Positions 17,146 through 26,997 are shown, numbered from the stretch's first letter. The stretch: DNA of 47,891 nt from a virus (IMGVR_UViG_3300008255_000018:1-47891); one strand, 5' to 3'. The notes: a model not told the origin generated them from the sequence alone. Program-made: numbers and translations.

Positions 17146-19308
17146 TTATTGCTGGTCGGCCAGCGCCAGCGCCTTGTTTATCTCGATCAGCAGCTGATCC
17201 GCCGCGACCTGTGCGCCTGTGGCATCGCCTGTGGTGTTCAGGTTCACTTCAATGCGCCCGATGTTCACCGCCCGCGCCGCCCTGCCCAGCTCAGGCCCCA
17301 GCGCCTGACCTCGCTTCACCCGCTCGTTGATAACATCAGCTCTTTTGTTCAACTGCTGAAACTCAGGGCGCGAAGAAAGCTGCTGATATACCTCTGGATT
17401 CTTTAACTTCAAGTCATTGATTTTTCTGAACTGGGCCACCTCGGCCATCGTCTTATCGTCCAGCGCGCCGACGCCGCTGTCTACCTTGAGACGGCTGGCC
17501 ACCGTGCCGCCCGAGCCCTTGCCAAATGAGAAGGTGATTCCGAGCGCGCCCACCTCGCGCTCCAGCGCGTCCAGCACCAGCTGCTGTTCCTTGCTGCCCT
17601 TCTTGCCTTTGACCTTGGCCTTGCCACCTCCGAGCGCATTCTGGGCGGCCACCAGCCCCTGGGCCAGCAGCTTCTCGCGCTCCTCGGCAGGGACGCCAGG
17701 GCTCAGGGCCTTGCTGAAATAATCGCGCGTGCCTCCAGTCAGCGCGCGGCGCGCGGCCATGTCCTTATTCCTCGCCTCGTCTTGCTCGCGCACGGTCTTG
17801 ATCTGGGTGATGCGCTTCTTGCGCTCGGCCTCCTCGGCCTCCTCAAACCCCTTCACCACGCGCTGAGTCCTGGCGGTAACGTCGGCCAGGGTCAGCGCCG
17901 ACGCGGCGAACAGGGCCAGCAGCCCACCACCAGCAGCCGATCCACCAGCCCCCAGGGTGGCCAGCACACCCTCGCTTGAGACCGCAGCGCCGAAGGCCTT
18001 GGCCGTCGAGCCGAAGCCCTTGCCTCCCGTGTTCCTGGTGATGAACTCGGACCCCTTGCTTGCCTTCGCAGCGGCTGCAGCCGCTTCGCCACCCAGGCCC
18101 CCAGCGCCCATGTTCGTGACGAACACAGGGATGGGCTCACCACCGGCGAGCCCCAGGGGGCCAGCTGCTGGGGCTGCTCCACCACCACCGAACAGCAGCC
18201 GCTTACCAGCGCCCAGCGCCTGACCAGCCCCCACCCCTGTGAGCTTGCTGGCCACCACCCCACCACCCACCAGCTTGAGCAGCCCCGCGTTGCCCTGGGC
18301 AAAGCCGACCACCTCGTCTTTGAGCGCGCGCGCGAAGGCCACCGCCTGGGGCAGCTGTTTGACCAGCTCCACACCTGAGCGCGCGCCAGACGCCAGCGCC
18401 TCGGCCACGTCTTCAAAGTCTTTCTTAAACGCCGGTGAAGTCTCTATTTCATTTAGTGACTTCTCAAACTCGGTGAGCCCCGCGCCAAGCACGTTAAAGG
18501 CGGGCTCACCTATCTTGCGGAAGCTCTCTGCAAACCGATCCTTGATCGTCGAGGTGCGCCCCTCAAAGGTGCCCGCGAGCGCGGCCACAACATCGCGCCC
18601 ACCTGTTTGCTTGTTCAGTGCTTCCTCAAACCCTCGGAGCGACGCTTGCCCCAGGGTCTCCCCTTTCTTCTTGGCCTTCTTAACGTCGTCGCCTTTGAGC
18701 TTAATACCAAACTCTTTCAGGCGTTCAAACTCCATACCCTCGGCGTCTAGGATTGCTTCTACCGCGTCAGCAAAAGTCTTATCTGGAGAGATAGCTTTGA
18801 GCTGACCAGCCAGCTTTAGCAGCTTGATATTTTGCTCGGCATTCTGGCCAGTCAAGCGGAGCAGACGCTTTGAACCGTCGAGCGCTTCGGACTCACCGAA
18901 TGGAGTGTTCGCGGCATACTTGCGCACGTCACCGATCAGCTTATCAGCCTGGCGAACATCCCCCACCAGAACATTAAAAGTTGTCTTCGCGCTCTCAAGC
19001 TGGGCATTACTGCCGATCAGCTTCTCCATCACCGTGCCACCGGCCAGGCCTGCGCCGATGCCCAGCACCAGGTTCTGGATGTTCAGCAACTCGCCACCGG
19101 CGCGGCTCATGGCGCTGGTGGCGGTGGTGATGCCTGACCCGGCCTGACTCCAGGCGCGGTCGGCCTGGGCGCCCATGCGCGCCGTGTCGGTCAAAGCCCT
19201 GTGCTGCTCGGCGGCGAAGTCGTGCAGCGCCTTCCTGGTCTGGGCCAGGCCCTGCTTTAGGTTGCCCGTCAGACGGGCCTTGATATTCAGCTCGGCTTCT
19301 TGCGCCAC
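17146..19308 (-). CDS. Tape measure protein
   Basis: 720 aa, Ala/Gly-rich; YAANTPF, ERLKEFGI, GRTSTIKD, PIPVFVTNM. Confidence 0.9.
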   Translation of the reverse strand: MAQEAELNIKARLTGNLKQGLAQTRKALHDFAAEQHRALTDTARMGAQADRAWSQAGSGITTATSAMSRAGGELLNIQNLVLGIGAGLAGGTVMEKLIGSNAQLESAKTTFNVLVGDVRQADKLIGDVRKYAANTPFGESEALDGSKRLLRLTGQNAEQNIKLLKLAGQLKAISPDKTFADAVEAILDAEGMEFERLKEFGIKLKGDDVKKAKKKGETLGQASLRGFEEALNKQTGGRDVVAALAGTFEGRTSTIKDRFAESFRKIGEPAFNVLGAGLTEFEKSLNEIETSPAFKKDFEDVAEALASGARSGVELVKQLPQAVAFARALKDEVVGFAQGNAGLLKLVGGGVVASKLTGVGAGQALGAGKRLLFGGGGAAPAAGPLGLAGGEPIPVFVTNMGAGGLGGEAAAAAAKASKGSEFITRNTGGKGFGSTAKAFGAAVSSEGVLATLGAGGSAAGGGLLALFAASALTLADVTARTQRVVKGFEEAEEAERKKRITQIKTVREQDEARNKDMAARRALTGGTRDYFSKALSPGVPAEEREKLLAQGLVAAQNALGGGKAKVKGKKGSKEQQLVLDALEREVGALGITFSFGKGSGGTVASRLKVDSGVGALDDKTMAEVAQFRKINDLKLKNPEVYQQLSSRPEFQQLNKRADVINERVKRGQALGPELGRAARAVNIGRIEVNLNTTGDATGAQVAADQLLIEINKALALADQQ

Positions 19309-19328
19309 GGTGCGCTCCTGGGTGGTGG

Positions 19329-19517
19329 TCAGGCGCCGCCCAGCAGCTGGGCCAGCAGCGCCTCGGTTTGGTCAGGCGCGAGCTTGGCCACCTCGGCCAA
19401 GCTCTTGGCCCCTGCTCGTGCCCACAGATCCGCCTCGACGCGATTCCAGCTCACCACCTCGCTCAGGGGTAGGCCGGTCAGGCGCATCAAGGTCAGGATG
19501 CGGGCACGGCTGGCGAT
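19329..19517 (-). CDS. Tail assembly chaperone, -1 frameshift extension (GT-like)
   Basis: Frame entered via C CCT TTA at 19523-19517; reads FIASRARILTLMRLTG... Confidence 0.7.
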   Translation of the reverse strand: MASRARILTLMRLTGLPLSEVVSWNRVEADLWARAGAKSLAEVAKLAPDQTEALLAQLLGGA

Positions 19518-19897
19518 AAAGGGCGCGTCTCCCCGGCCTTGTCTGCGGCCTCGGCATCCTTCACCGCCTCGTCCTCCAGCTCCGCGACCGAGCCCCTGAG
19601 CTTGTAGAAGTCGACGCGCGCGAGCTGGGCCACGTCGCGCCAGGTGTGGAGGGGGCGCCCCTCCCACTGGGTGATGACGCGCGCCAAGAACAGCACATCG
19701 GTGGAGGTGGGCGCGCTGGCGAACTCCACATCTTGGGCCATGGCGCTGCCCAGCAGCTCCTTACGCTGGGCCTCGGCCCAGAGCTCGTCGCTGACCGTGG
19801 GCATTCTCACCTGGAGCTTGCGCGCGGGGGGGTCGTTGGGTGCGCTGGGGTTGCGCAGGCCGATGGGCAGGGTCACGTTCTTGGTCTGGGCATACAT
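19493..19897 (-). CDS. Tail assembly chaperone (G-like)
   Basis: MYAQTKNVTLPIGL...VRMPTVSDE...LARVDFYKL; AGGAG RBS; lies between tube and tape measure genes. Confidence 0.8.
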   Translation of the reverse strand: MYAQTKNVTLPIGLRNPSAPNDPPARKLQVRMPTVSDELWAEAQRKELLGSAMAQDVEFASAPTSTDVLFLARVITQWEGRPLHTWRDVAQLARVDFYKLRGSVAELEDEAVKDAEAADKAGETRPLSPAVPAS

Positions 19898-20028
19898 GGC
19901 GGTCTCCTGGGGGTGGGTGGCGAGGCTGCAAGAAAAGGCGAGGGCAGCGCATCGCCCGCCGCCTTCGTGGGGGTCAAGATGCGCTGCCCTGTTTGGACAC
20001 GTCAAGCGCGCGCGCCTGTGCCCTTGCT

Positions 20029-20466
20029 CTAGCCTGTGCGCTGCTCAGGGGCCACCGTCAGCGCGAACACAGCCACCGCCGCGCTGCCGCGCTCCAGGGT
20101 GGGCGCCGTGTCGCTCCTGTGAGAGCAGCGCAGATACGTGCGCTGGGCAGCGCCAGGGATCGGGATACCCTGGGGGGTGACGCGCATCACCACAAACGTC
20201 AGCTTCTGGTGGATGCCTTGCGACCAGAGCGAACACCAGGCGCGAAGCGGCGCATCCACCGCATCCTCGGCGGGCTTGCTCAGGGTGAGAACGCCCGTCT
20301 TGCTGGGGCCGTTCACGTTCACTGGGGTGGGCGAGCCGCCAGAGAACACCTCGGTGCCCTCGGTGGTCCGCTCACCGCCAGAGATTGACGTGAACCGGAT
20401 CCCAGGGAACTCCTGGAAATATCCAATGTAGTCGTGTTGAGTATGGAAGTTGTCTTGAATGCTCAC
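20029..20466 (-). CDS. Tail tube protein (T4 gp19-like)
   Basis: FTSISGGE...LTLSKP...LRAW; follows the sheath gene. Confidence 0.75.
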   Translation of the reverse strand: MSIQDNFHTQHDYIGYFQEFPGIRFTSISGGERTTEGTEVFSGGSPTPVNVNGPSKTGVLTLSKPAEDAVDAPLRAWCSLWSQGIHQKLTFVVMRVTPQGIPIPGAAQRTYLRCSHRSDTAPTLERGSAAVAVFALTVAPEQRTG

Positions 20467-20542
20467 GGCCTGGGCCTCGCTTGGGTGGGGTCAGGGGGTC
20501 AGGGGTCACAGGCGCGAGCCCAGCAGCTCGCGCCTGGTGGGG

Positions 20543-22072
20543 TCAGGTCGCGGTCTGCTTGGCCAGCTCCACCTCGATCGTCTCGGCGGTCAAGGCCTCG
20601 CGGAACCAGATGCGCACGCGGATCACGTTGTTGGCGTTGTCGGTGGGGGTCTGGATACCAGCGCCGACGAACACCGCGAACGCGTCGTTCACCTCATCGG
20701 GCACCGAGTAAGGATCTGGCAGGTTGCCACGGAAGGCGCCCGCGCGCTGCATCCCGGCCAGGAAGCCGTACACGCCCATATACATGGCGTCGAACTCCTC
20801 GGACCCCACCACCTCATACACCTGCTGATCCAGCACGCGCTGAACAGCATCACCGATCACACAGTACAGGTACGCGCAGCTGGCCATTTTCCAGGCCACC
20901 TCGTTGGTGGCGGCGCGCCCACCCCAGATCGCATTCCCCAGGCCTGTGCGGTCCCAGATCGGATTCACGTTGTTGCCCACCAGCAGCTCGGCGTCGGCGG
21001 CCTCAATCAAGGGCGAGCCGTTGGCCGCGCGCTCGATACCGGGCACCGCATCGATGGTGAAGGCCGCGCCAGCTGGGGCCTTGCCCTGCCCCTTCAAGGC
21101 GATCTCGGCCCACCAGGTGGCGATCATGTGGCCCACCGCAGGGTACGTCTTCGCCTGGCTCGTGTAGGCGTCCAGGTCGCGGATGCGAGGGTACAGGAAC
21201 ACCGAGCCCTTATTGTTCACGGCCAGGCGCTGGGTGATGGCGGTGGCGACCGTGGCCCCAGCCTGTGAGCTGGTGACGTGGACGCGGAAGAACGGGAGCG
21301 ACTGGGCCACCAGCTCCGCGATGACGGTGGGGTCGTTGTCGAGGTCAGGCGCACAGATCGCGCCGCGCCCATAGCGGTAGGTGCGCAGGGCCTTGAGACC
21401 TGTGCGCACCGAGGCCACCACCGTGCCCACGATCTCGGCGGCGGTGGGGTCGTTGTCGTTGGTGCCTGGGGTAGTGACCCCCAGCGCGAAGGTGCCCAGC
21501 GCCGGCAGGTTGTCAGGACTCGCGGTCACGTTGGCCGGGTTGCGCACCAGGCGCACATAAGAGCTACCATCGCTGACCGCCTCACAGGCCGAGTCGGTGG
21601 GTAACAGGTTGTCCCACGGCTCGACCTCGTCGCCATTCTCGTCCAGGATGGTCAGCTTGAAGGTGTCGGCCTGGGTGCCCGCCGAGATGATCAAGTCGTA
21701 GTTGTTGGCCCAGGTGCCCGAGCCCTTCGCGTACACGTTCAGGATCGCCACAGGCTCCGTAGCGCGATCCACCAGGGTGGTCAGGGCCTCCACCGCTGTG
21801 CCCTCGATGCGCAGCACCACCGCGCGCTTGCCGCCGCGCCGGAAGAAATGCCGCAGCACCTCATACCCCGCGCTGTAAGCCGTGCCCGCCGACCTGGTCA
21901 CAGGGCCGCCGAACAGCGCCTTGAAGCGATCAAAGGACGTGACCAGGGTGGGCACATTCGCGCGCCCGCGCTGGGCCAGCAGCGCGATGTAAAGCGTATC
22001 GCCAGGGTCAGGCCCGAAGGCCAGGGGGCCGACCGTGCCTGGGGTTACGAAGGTTCCAACGTTGTTCGCCAT
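20543..22072 (-). CDS. Contractile tail sheath protein
   Basis: RGRANVPTLVTSFDRFKALFGG, FFRRGG, KAPAG, VNPI...IWGGR, GAFRG. Confidence 0.93.
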   Translation of the reverse strand: MANNVGTFVTPGTVGPLAFGPDPGDTLYIALLAQRGRANVPTLVTSFDRFKALFGGPVTRSAGTAYSAGYEVLRHFFRRGGKRAVVLRIEGTAVEALTTLVDRATEPVAILNVYAKGSGTWANNYDLIISAGTQADTFKLTILDENGDEVEPWDNLLPTDSACEAVSDGSSYVRLVRNPANVTASPDNLPALGTFALGVTTPGTNDNDPTAAEIVGTVVASVRTGLKALRTYRYGRGAICAPDLDNDPTVIAELVAQSLPFFRVHVTSSQAGATVATAITQRLAVNNKGSVFLYPRIRDLDAYTSQAKTYPAVGHMIATWWAEIALKGQGKAPAGAAFTIDAVPGIERAANGSPLIEAADAELLVGNNVNPIWDRTGLGNAIWGGRAATNEVAWKMASCAYLYCVIGDAVQRVLDQQVYEVVGSEEFDAMYMGVYGFLAGMQRAGAFRGNLPDPYSVPDEVNDAFAVFVGAGIQTPTDNANNVIRVRIWFREALTAETIEVELAKQTAT

Positions 22073-22110
22073 AACTCACACTCCTGTTAGGGTTTCGCGC
22101 GCGCGCGCTT

Positions 22111-22740
22111 TCAATCTTCGCTGGGGGCCAGCGGGGCCTCCACCGGCTCGCCGTCGAGGGGTCCACCCTCCAGGCTACCCGGACTCCACAGCGCCCACTC
22201 GCGCGCGTCCAGGCACTCCACCAGCGTGACACTCGCGCTCACCAGGGAGCGCGTCAAGGGCGGCGCCTCCGGCATGTGCTGTACCTCCAGGCGCGCCCCT
22301 ATCTTGAGACAATGCTGGGTGGGGGCGGTCTCCCCGCACTCGTCCAGCTGACAGGTCAAGCCGGTGTTGTTTGCGAGGATGCTGGCCAGCGCCTGGACAA
22401 GGGCGCTCCGAAGCTCGCTCACCCTGAAACCCAGGCCGCGCGCGCCGTGGGTGCGCGCGCTGCCCTGGAGGTCAAACACGATCACGCCTGTGACCTCCGC
22501 GACGCGCCCGCGCCCGTGCTGGTCCTGGTAGGTGTAGGTGAAGCGCGAGTCGTCAAAGATCACGGCGGGCAGCTGCTCCTGGGGCTGGGGCTTGTCCTGG
22601 ATAATGTCGCGGCTCACCGTCTTGAAGGGCGAGCCTGGTGCGGTGCGCAGGATCTGGACAAGCGCGCGCATCATCTTCTCCACTTCGCTGATCGGCGCGG
22701 TGGGCGCCTGGGGCGTCTTCGGGGGTGTTCTCGTGGTCAC
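22111..22740 (-). CDS. Tail terminator / completion protein (putative)
   Basis: Position before the sheath gene; QLPAVIF motif. Confidence 0.5.
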   Translation of the reverse strand: MTTRTPPKTPQAPTAPISEVEKMMRALVQILRTAPGSPFKTVSRDIIQDKPQPQEQLPAVIFDDSRFTYTYQDQHGRGRVAEVTGVIVFDLQGSARTHGARGLGFRVSELRSALVQALASILANNTGLTCQLDECGETAPTQHCLKIGARLEVQHMPEAPPLTRSLVSASVTLVECLDAREWALWSPGSLEGGPLDGEPVEAPLAPSED

Positions 22741-23216
22741 TTATCTGCTCCTACGGTGGCCAGCAGCCGCCGCGCGATCAGCCGCGCGGCGAGCTCGGCC
22801 AGCTGGTTCTCGGTTTTAGTCCGGGGCATGATCGCCAAGAAGTTGCGCGCTGGCATGTGGCGCGTTCCCTTGACGTGGAGCTGGGCCAGCTGCTCGGCTG
22901 CCTGGTTCACGAAGCTCAGGCGCACCCCGTCTTGAAGGGGGCTGCTGGTGAGCGCGCCCAGCATTTGGCCTGTGTAGGCGAGGGTGACCGCCGAGACGCG
23001 GCGCCCACCCTTCACCCTCGCGCGCGCCGTGCTGGGCGCATACCTGGCGAACGGCAGGCCGTAGGCATTCAGGCCATGCTCGGTGCGCTCCAGGATCGCC
23101 ACCACAGCGGCCTGGCCGATGATGCCCCAATCCTTCGCGGTGAGCTCGGCGCGCTCCACCGAGTCCAGCGCGCGCTCCACCGCCGCGAGGTCAAAATCAA
23201 ACCGGATGCTTGTCAT
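22737..23216 (-). CDS. Virion morphogenesis / neck protein (Mu gpG / P2 gpS-like)
   Basis: YAPST, LAYTGQML, GTRHMPARNFL. Confidence 0.75.
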   Translation of the reverse strand: MTSIRFDFDLAAVERALDSVERAELTAKDWGIIGQAAVVAILERTEHGLNAYGLPFARYAPSTARARVKGGRRVSAVTLAYTGQMLGALTSSPLQDGVRLSFVNQAAEQLAQLHVKGTRHMPARNFLAIMPRTKTENQLAELAARLIARRLLATVGADK

Positions 23217-23247
23217 GGGCTGGGCCTCCACCCAGGCGCGCTCGCGC

Positions 23248-24075
23248 TCAGGATCTGGTCAAGGTCATGTTGCCGTAGCGCAGCGCATCCTCGTCGCTGG
23301 TCACGTCCCCGTTGCCGTCCACGGTGATCTCCACCCCTGAGCTGATCATCAGCTCCAGCTCGTCCTTGTAGCGCTTCTCGTACAGCTTGCGCTTGAAGTC
23401 GCTGGGGTCGTCCATGCTCAGGCTCAGATCCGAGAAGGCATACACCAGGGCGCGGTAACAGGTCAGGCGCGCAAGCTGGTGGTCCACCCCCATCAGGTCC
23501 AGCGCGCCCCACTCCACCGTGATGCCCACGGCCCAGGCCGAGCTGCTGGGCACCGCGTACATGGTGCCCAGCTCACCGTTCACCTCGGCGCCCTGGCAAA
23601 GGTTGTGAGGCGCCCCGGCCACCGTGGCCTCCACCAGCAGCTCGGCGCTGCTCTCCGGCGCCACCACCAGCTCGGCCAGCGCGGCCCACCTGTATGCCCC
23701 CTGGGCGCTGTCCAGCACGAGCTGGGTATCATCATCCCCGTAGGGGTCCATATCCCCGAAGGTGGCGCCCAGGGGGATGGTCACAGGCGCCATGGTGGGG
23801 TTGCTCACCACCAGGGTGGCCCTCGCCTTGCTGCTGCGGTTGGCGATCTCACCACGTCGCGTCTCGCGCACACCTGTGAGGCGCCCACCCCAGCTCTCCA
23901 CCAGGGGATCAATGTAGCCGTAGCGGCGCAGGGCGCGGCGTACATCCTCGCGCGCCATGCGCTGGTAAGGGTCACAGGAGCGACCGGAGAGGGTGTTAAA
24001 CACCTGGGTCTCCAGCTGCCGCAGGTGGGTGTTATAGGCGTACTGAGTCAGCCCGTCGTCGCTGGGGGTGGTCAT
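23248..24075 (-). CDS. Head-tail adaptor-like protein with an inserted baseplate-J-like domain
   Basis: Helical N- and C-termini (LARLTCYRAL...YEKRYKDELELMISSGV) in neck position; central TIPLG...ELVVAP...GAPHNL segment. Confidence 0.55.
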   Translation of the reverse strand: MTTPSDDGLTQYAYNTHLRQLETQVFNTLSGRSCDPYQRMAREDVRRALRRYGYIDPLVESWGGRLTGVRETRRGEIANRSSKARATLVVSNPTMAPVTIPLGATFGDMDPYGDDDTQLVLDSAQGAYRWAALAELVVAPESSAELLVEATVAGAPHNLCQGAEVNGELGTMYAVPSSSAWAVGITVEWGALDLMGVDHQLARLTCYRALVYAFSDLSLSMDDPSDFKRKLYEKRYKDELELMISSGVEITVDGNGDVTSDEDALRYGNMTLTRS

Positions 24076-24977
24076 TCTGAGGCCTCGCTTTTGAGGGCCT
24101 GGGCAGCGCGCGCGCGCAAGCTCGCCCAGGTGTCGTCGTCGTAAAAGTCAGGTGAGGTCGCCGCCCACCTGTGTCGGCAGTTGTAGCCGCCGCAGGCCAC
24201 CATGGCCGTGCCTGCGCCGGTCTGTCCATTGTCCAGCCCACCCACCTCCTCGGCGCTCAGGACCGCGCCCACCAGGCGCTGGCAGAAGGGCCGCGTGACC
24301 GAGTCCTGTGGCCCCGAGTACCTGTAAAACTCCAGGCCCAGCTGGGTGGCCTTGATCTCGTGCGCCACTCGCGCCAGGCCCAGCGTCTCGTCATGGATCA
24401 GCTGGCGAGCCCTCGCCCCCTGGCGCCCCAGCTCCTGGTCAATCATGGTCTCAAAGCTCGCGGCGGGCAGGCGCCCCAGCGCGTGCCTCGTGGTCAGCTG
24501 GGCGAGTCTTTGGCGCTGCTCCAGGGTGAGGGTGTAGAAGCGCCCGGCCAGGCCTGTGCCGACGTCCTGCGCGGTCTCCGGCCACAGGCCCACCATGGCC
24601 TCCAGGGCCGAGCGATCCGCGCCGAGCCAGAGCGCCCCAGGGCCTCCACCCACCGAGCGCCCATAGTCTCCCTGGAGCTTGAGCAGCGCGCCCAGCCTAT
24701 CCACCCACTCGCCCCACACAAGGCGCCATGGTGCGTTCTCGCGCATCAAGGTGGGGCTTATGCTCGTCACCTGGGCGAGGTCAGGGATCAAGCGTCCATC
24801 GCTCGTCGTCTTGAGCCCGCGCACCAGGCGCTTGATCCGCCCAGCAGCTGCCCCCAGCGCATCCTTGTAAGCGCGCTCCACCGCCGTGGCCCCAGCCTCG
24901 GCCAGCGCGTCCTGTGTCTCCATCACTCTTTCCAGCTGGGCCTCCAGCTGGGCTCTCTCGCTCGCGTTCATCGCCAT
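24072..24977 (-). CDS. Minor head / head morphogenesis protein (Mu gpF / SPP1 gp7-like)
   Basis: YSGPQDSVTRPFC and GGYNCRHRW motifs. Confidence 0.8.
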   Translation of the reverse strand: MAMNASERAQLEAQLERVMETQDALAEAGATAVERAYKDALGAAAGRIKRLVRGLKTTSDGRLIPDLAQVTSISPTLMRENAPWRLVWGEWVDRLGALLKLQGDYGRSVGGGPGALWLGADRSALEAMVGLWPETAQDVGTGLAGRFYTLTLEQRQRLAQLTTRHALGRLPAASFETMIDQELGRQGARARQLIHDETLGLARVAHEIKATQLGLEFYRYSGPQDSVTRPFCQRLVGAVLSAEEVGGLDNGQTGAGTAMVACGGYNCRHRWAATSPDFYDDDTWASLRARAAQALKSEASE

Positions 24978-24997
24978 GCGTCAGGCTCCTGATACGT

Positions 24998-25029
24998 CAA
25001 AGGACGGCGCCTGGTGGGGCCGTCCTTTG
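24998..25029 (-). terminator. Hairpin, possible partial terminator after the capsid cluster
   Basis: CAAAGGACGGC ... GCCGTCCTTTG inverted repeat. Confidence 0.45.
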
Positions 25030-25065
25030 GTGGGGGTGGTCAAGGGGGGCTCGCGCCCCAGCTGC

Positions 25066-25515
25066 TCAGAGCGACTCGAACGGGATCGCCCCCTGGCGCA
25101 CCGACTGGATCAGCGCATCCTTGAGATCGGCCACCGTCATCTTGTCGCTCAGGCCCTCCAGCTCATGCGCGGCGGCCAGGGCCAGCATCTTGGCCTTTGT
25201 GTCGTAGGACTTCAGCGCCACCCTCGCCTCGTCGCTGCTGGGCGCGTCAGGATCGCCCACCTCGTCCTCCACCTTGGCCACCTCGGCGGTGGCGCGCTTC
25301 TCGGCCACCTCGGCCACGATGCCGTGAGGGCTCGCGCCGCGCACACCCTGCGCCGTGAGGCGCTTCTGGTAGGCCTCCACCTCGCGCGGGGTGGCCTTGC
25401 GCCCAGTCTTGAGCCTGACCATGATGTCGCATTGTGACGCGGTCACACACACAATGCGATCCTTGGCGTTGATCACGAACACGTCGGGGCGCTGATCGCC
25501 TGGGTCTCGATACAT
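25066..25515 (-). CDS. Hypothetical protein with a C-terminal Rho-N/HeH-like domain
   Basis: TKAKMLALAAAHELEGLSDKMTVADLKDALI. Confidence 0.6.
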   Translation of the reverse strand: MYRDPGDQRPDVFVINAKDRIVCVTASQCDIMVRLKTGRKATPREVEAYQKRLTAQGVRGASPHGIVAEVAEKRATAEVAKVEDEVGDPDAPSSDEARVALKSYDTKAKMLALAAAHELEGLSDKMTVADLKDALIQSVRQGAIPFESL

Positions 25516-25595
25516 TCCTTGCTCTCTCTTTGCTTGAGAGCCGCCATGGGGGCGGCTCTCGTGTGGGTTTTAGTGTTTACAGGGCAGCGCAAAAA

Positions 25596-25988
25596 CTAGG
25601 CGCTGGCCTGGCCGAACACGGTGGCCGCACCCTGGGCGCCGTCCACCTTGGCATCGATGAAGATGCCCACCTGTGTGAACGGGTTGGCCGTCAGGCTCAG
25701 GCCCACGTTGGCCGCCGCCGCGACGTCCTGAGCGCCCAGGGTGGTGGCCACCCAGGCGCTGGCCTCGCCGTCCTCGGTCACGATGCGGCCCATGATCTGG
25801 GCCGTGATCGTGTTCGCGCCCGAGTTGTTGACCACATACTGAATGGTCTTCTTGCCCTTCGCGTTGAGCAGCGACGCGGGCACCAGGGTGGGGGTGTTCG
25901 TGGAGGCCTGGGGCGCGCTCTGCTCCAGGGTGGACTCGGCCAGCTGCTGGCGTACCAGCTTGTTCTCAAGGCTCTCGCTCGCGCTCAT
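25596..25988 (-). CDS. Putative capsid decoration protein
   Basis: Small beta-rich protein directly after the major capsid gene. Confidence 0.5.
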   Translation of the reverse strand: MSASESLENKLVRQQLAESTLEQSAPQASTNTPTLVPASLLNAKGKKTIQYVVNNSGANTITAQIMGRIVTEDGEASAWVATTLGAQDVAAAANVGLSLTANPFTQVGIFIDAKVDGAQGAATVFGQASA

Positions 25989-26076
25989 GCTCTTACTCTC
26001 GTCTGGGGTTGCGTGGTGGTGCTGCGGTCACTCATGTGCCCAGCCCGCGCTGGGGTGGCGCGGGCTGGGCTGGGGG

Positions 26077-26997
26077 TCAGGTCTGGTACTCGACGACCAT
26101 GCGCTCATCGATAATGGCCACCCCATACAACGCGTCCACCGTGTGGAGCGTCTTCTGGGCGCGCGCGTCATAGCTGACCTCGTACCGGAACGAGAGCATG
26201 GTGGCGCTGTCGTCGTCGGCCTCGTTGTCGATCATCACCATGGAGATCGCGCCGGAACCGCTCTTGGCCATGGGCAGGGGCGCCATGGCGAGCATGATGC
26301 CCTGGGGGTTCAAGAACAGGTTGTGCTTGGTGATGGGCGGGCCCGACGTCTCCGGGATCAGCTGCGACGAGTAGAAGTCAAAGCCGTGGACGCGGCCGAT
26401 GTAGCCCTCGCGCAGGGCCTCGCCGCCGTCGCCGCGAGCATCCGCGCGGGTCAGCTTGTCCAGGGCCAGCAGCGCGATCTCGTCGTCCTCGCTCACCCAG
26501 GCGACGCGCCCGGACTGGGGGCAGCGCATGGACGACAGCTCGCGCTTGGCCGCCAGGATCGCGCCCTCGTCCAGGGGCGTACCCGGCACACCGAGCTGGG
26601 CGCCCGCGTCGGCGTAGACGCTAAACACATGCGTCTCGATAGCCTCGGCCAGGGTGTCCATGGCCAGCTCCTCGTAGTTGATACCGCCAGGGTTGGCCAT
26701 GGCCTCGGCGGTGCCCTCCACGTCCCAGCTCACGGTGGTGTGGTAGCTCAGGGTGACCGGGACGTTGCCCGTGGTGGGCGCGTCAGAGACGACGTCGGCG
26801 CCCTCGCCCTTCTGGCGCGCCGTCAGCACCCCCAGCTTGTTCACGTTGACCGTGGCCCACTTCTGGCCAACGACGTTGCCCAGGAACTTGCGCACCTGGG
26901 CGGCCGCCATCAGCTTGTGGCGGAGAGCCCCCACAGCATCAACGGCCCAGACATCGACGAGGGCCTCGGTGGCCTCGGTATTTGCACGGATCGGCAT
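26077..26997 (-). CDS. Major capsid protein (P22 coat-like, HK97 fold)
   Basis: ALREGYIGRVHGFDFYSS, HTVDALYGV; follows the scaffold gene. Confidence 0.88.
   Translation of the reverse strand: MPIRANTEATEALVDVWAVDAVGALRHKLMAAAQVRKFLGNVVGQKWATVNVNKLGVLTARQKGEGADVVSDAPTTGNVPVTLSYHTTVSWDVEGTAEAMANPGGINYEELAMDTLAEAIETHVFSVYADAGAQLGVPGTPLDEGAILAAKRELSSMRCPQSGRVAWVSEDDEIALLALDKLTRADARGDGGEALREGYIGRVHGFDFYSSQLIPETSGPPITKHNLFLNPQGIMLAMAPLPMAKSGSGAISMVMIDNEADDDSATMLSFRYEVSYDARAQKTLHTVDALYGVAIIDERMVVEYQT

Noticed and set aside
12740-22072. Tail cluster as an extracellular contractile injection system or tailocin
   Set aside because: Terminase, portal, capsid and replication genes are all present, so this is a complete myovirus.
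22096-22108. (CG)n run as a Z-DNA element
   Set aside because: It is consistent with the genome-wide GCGCGC bias.
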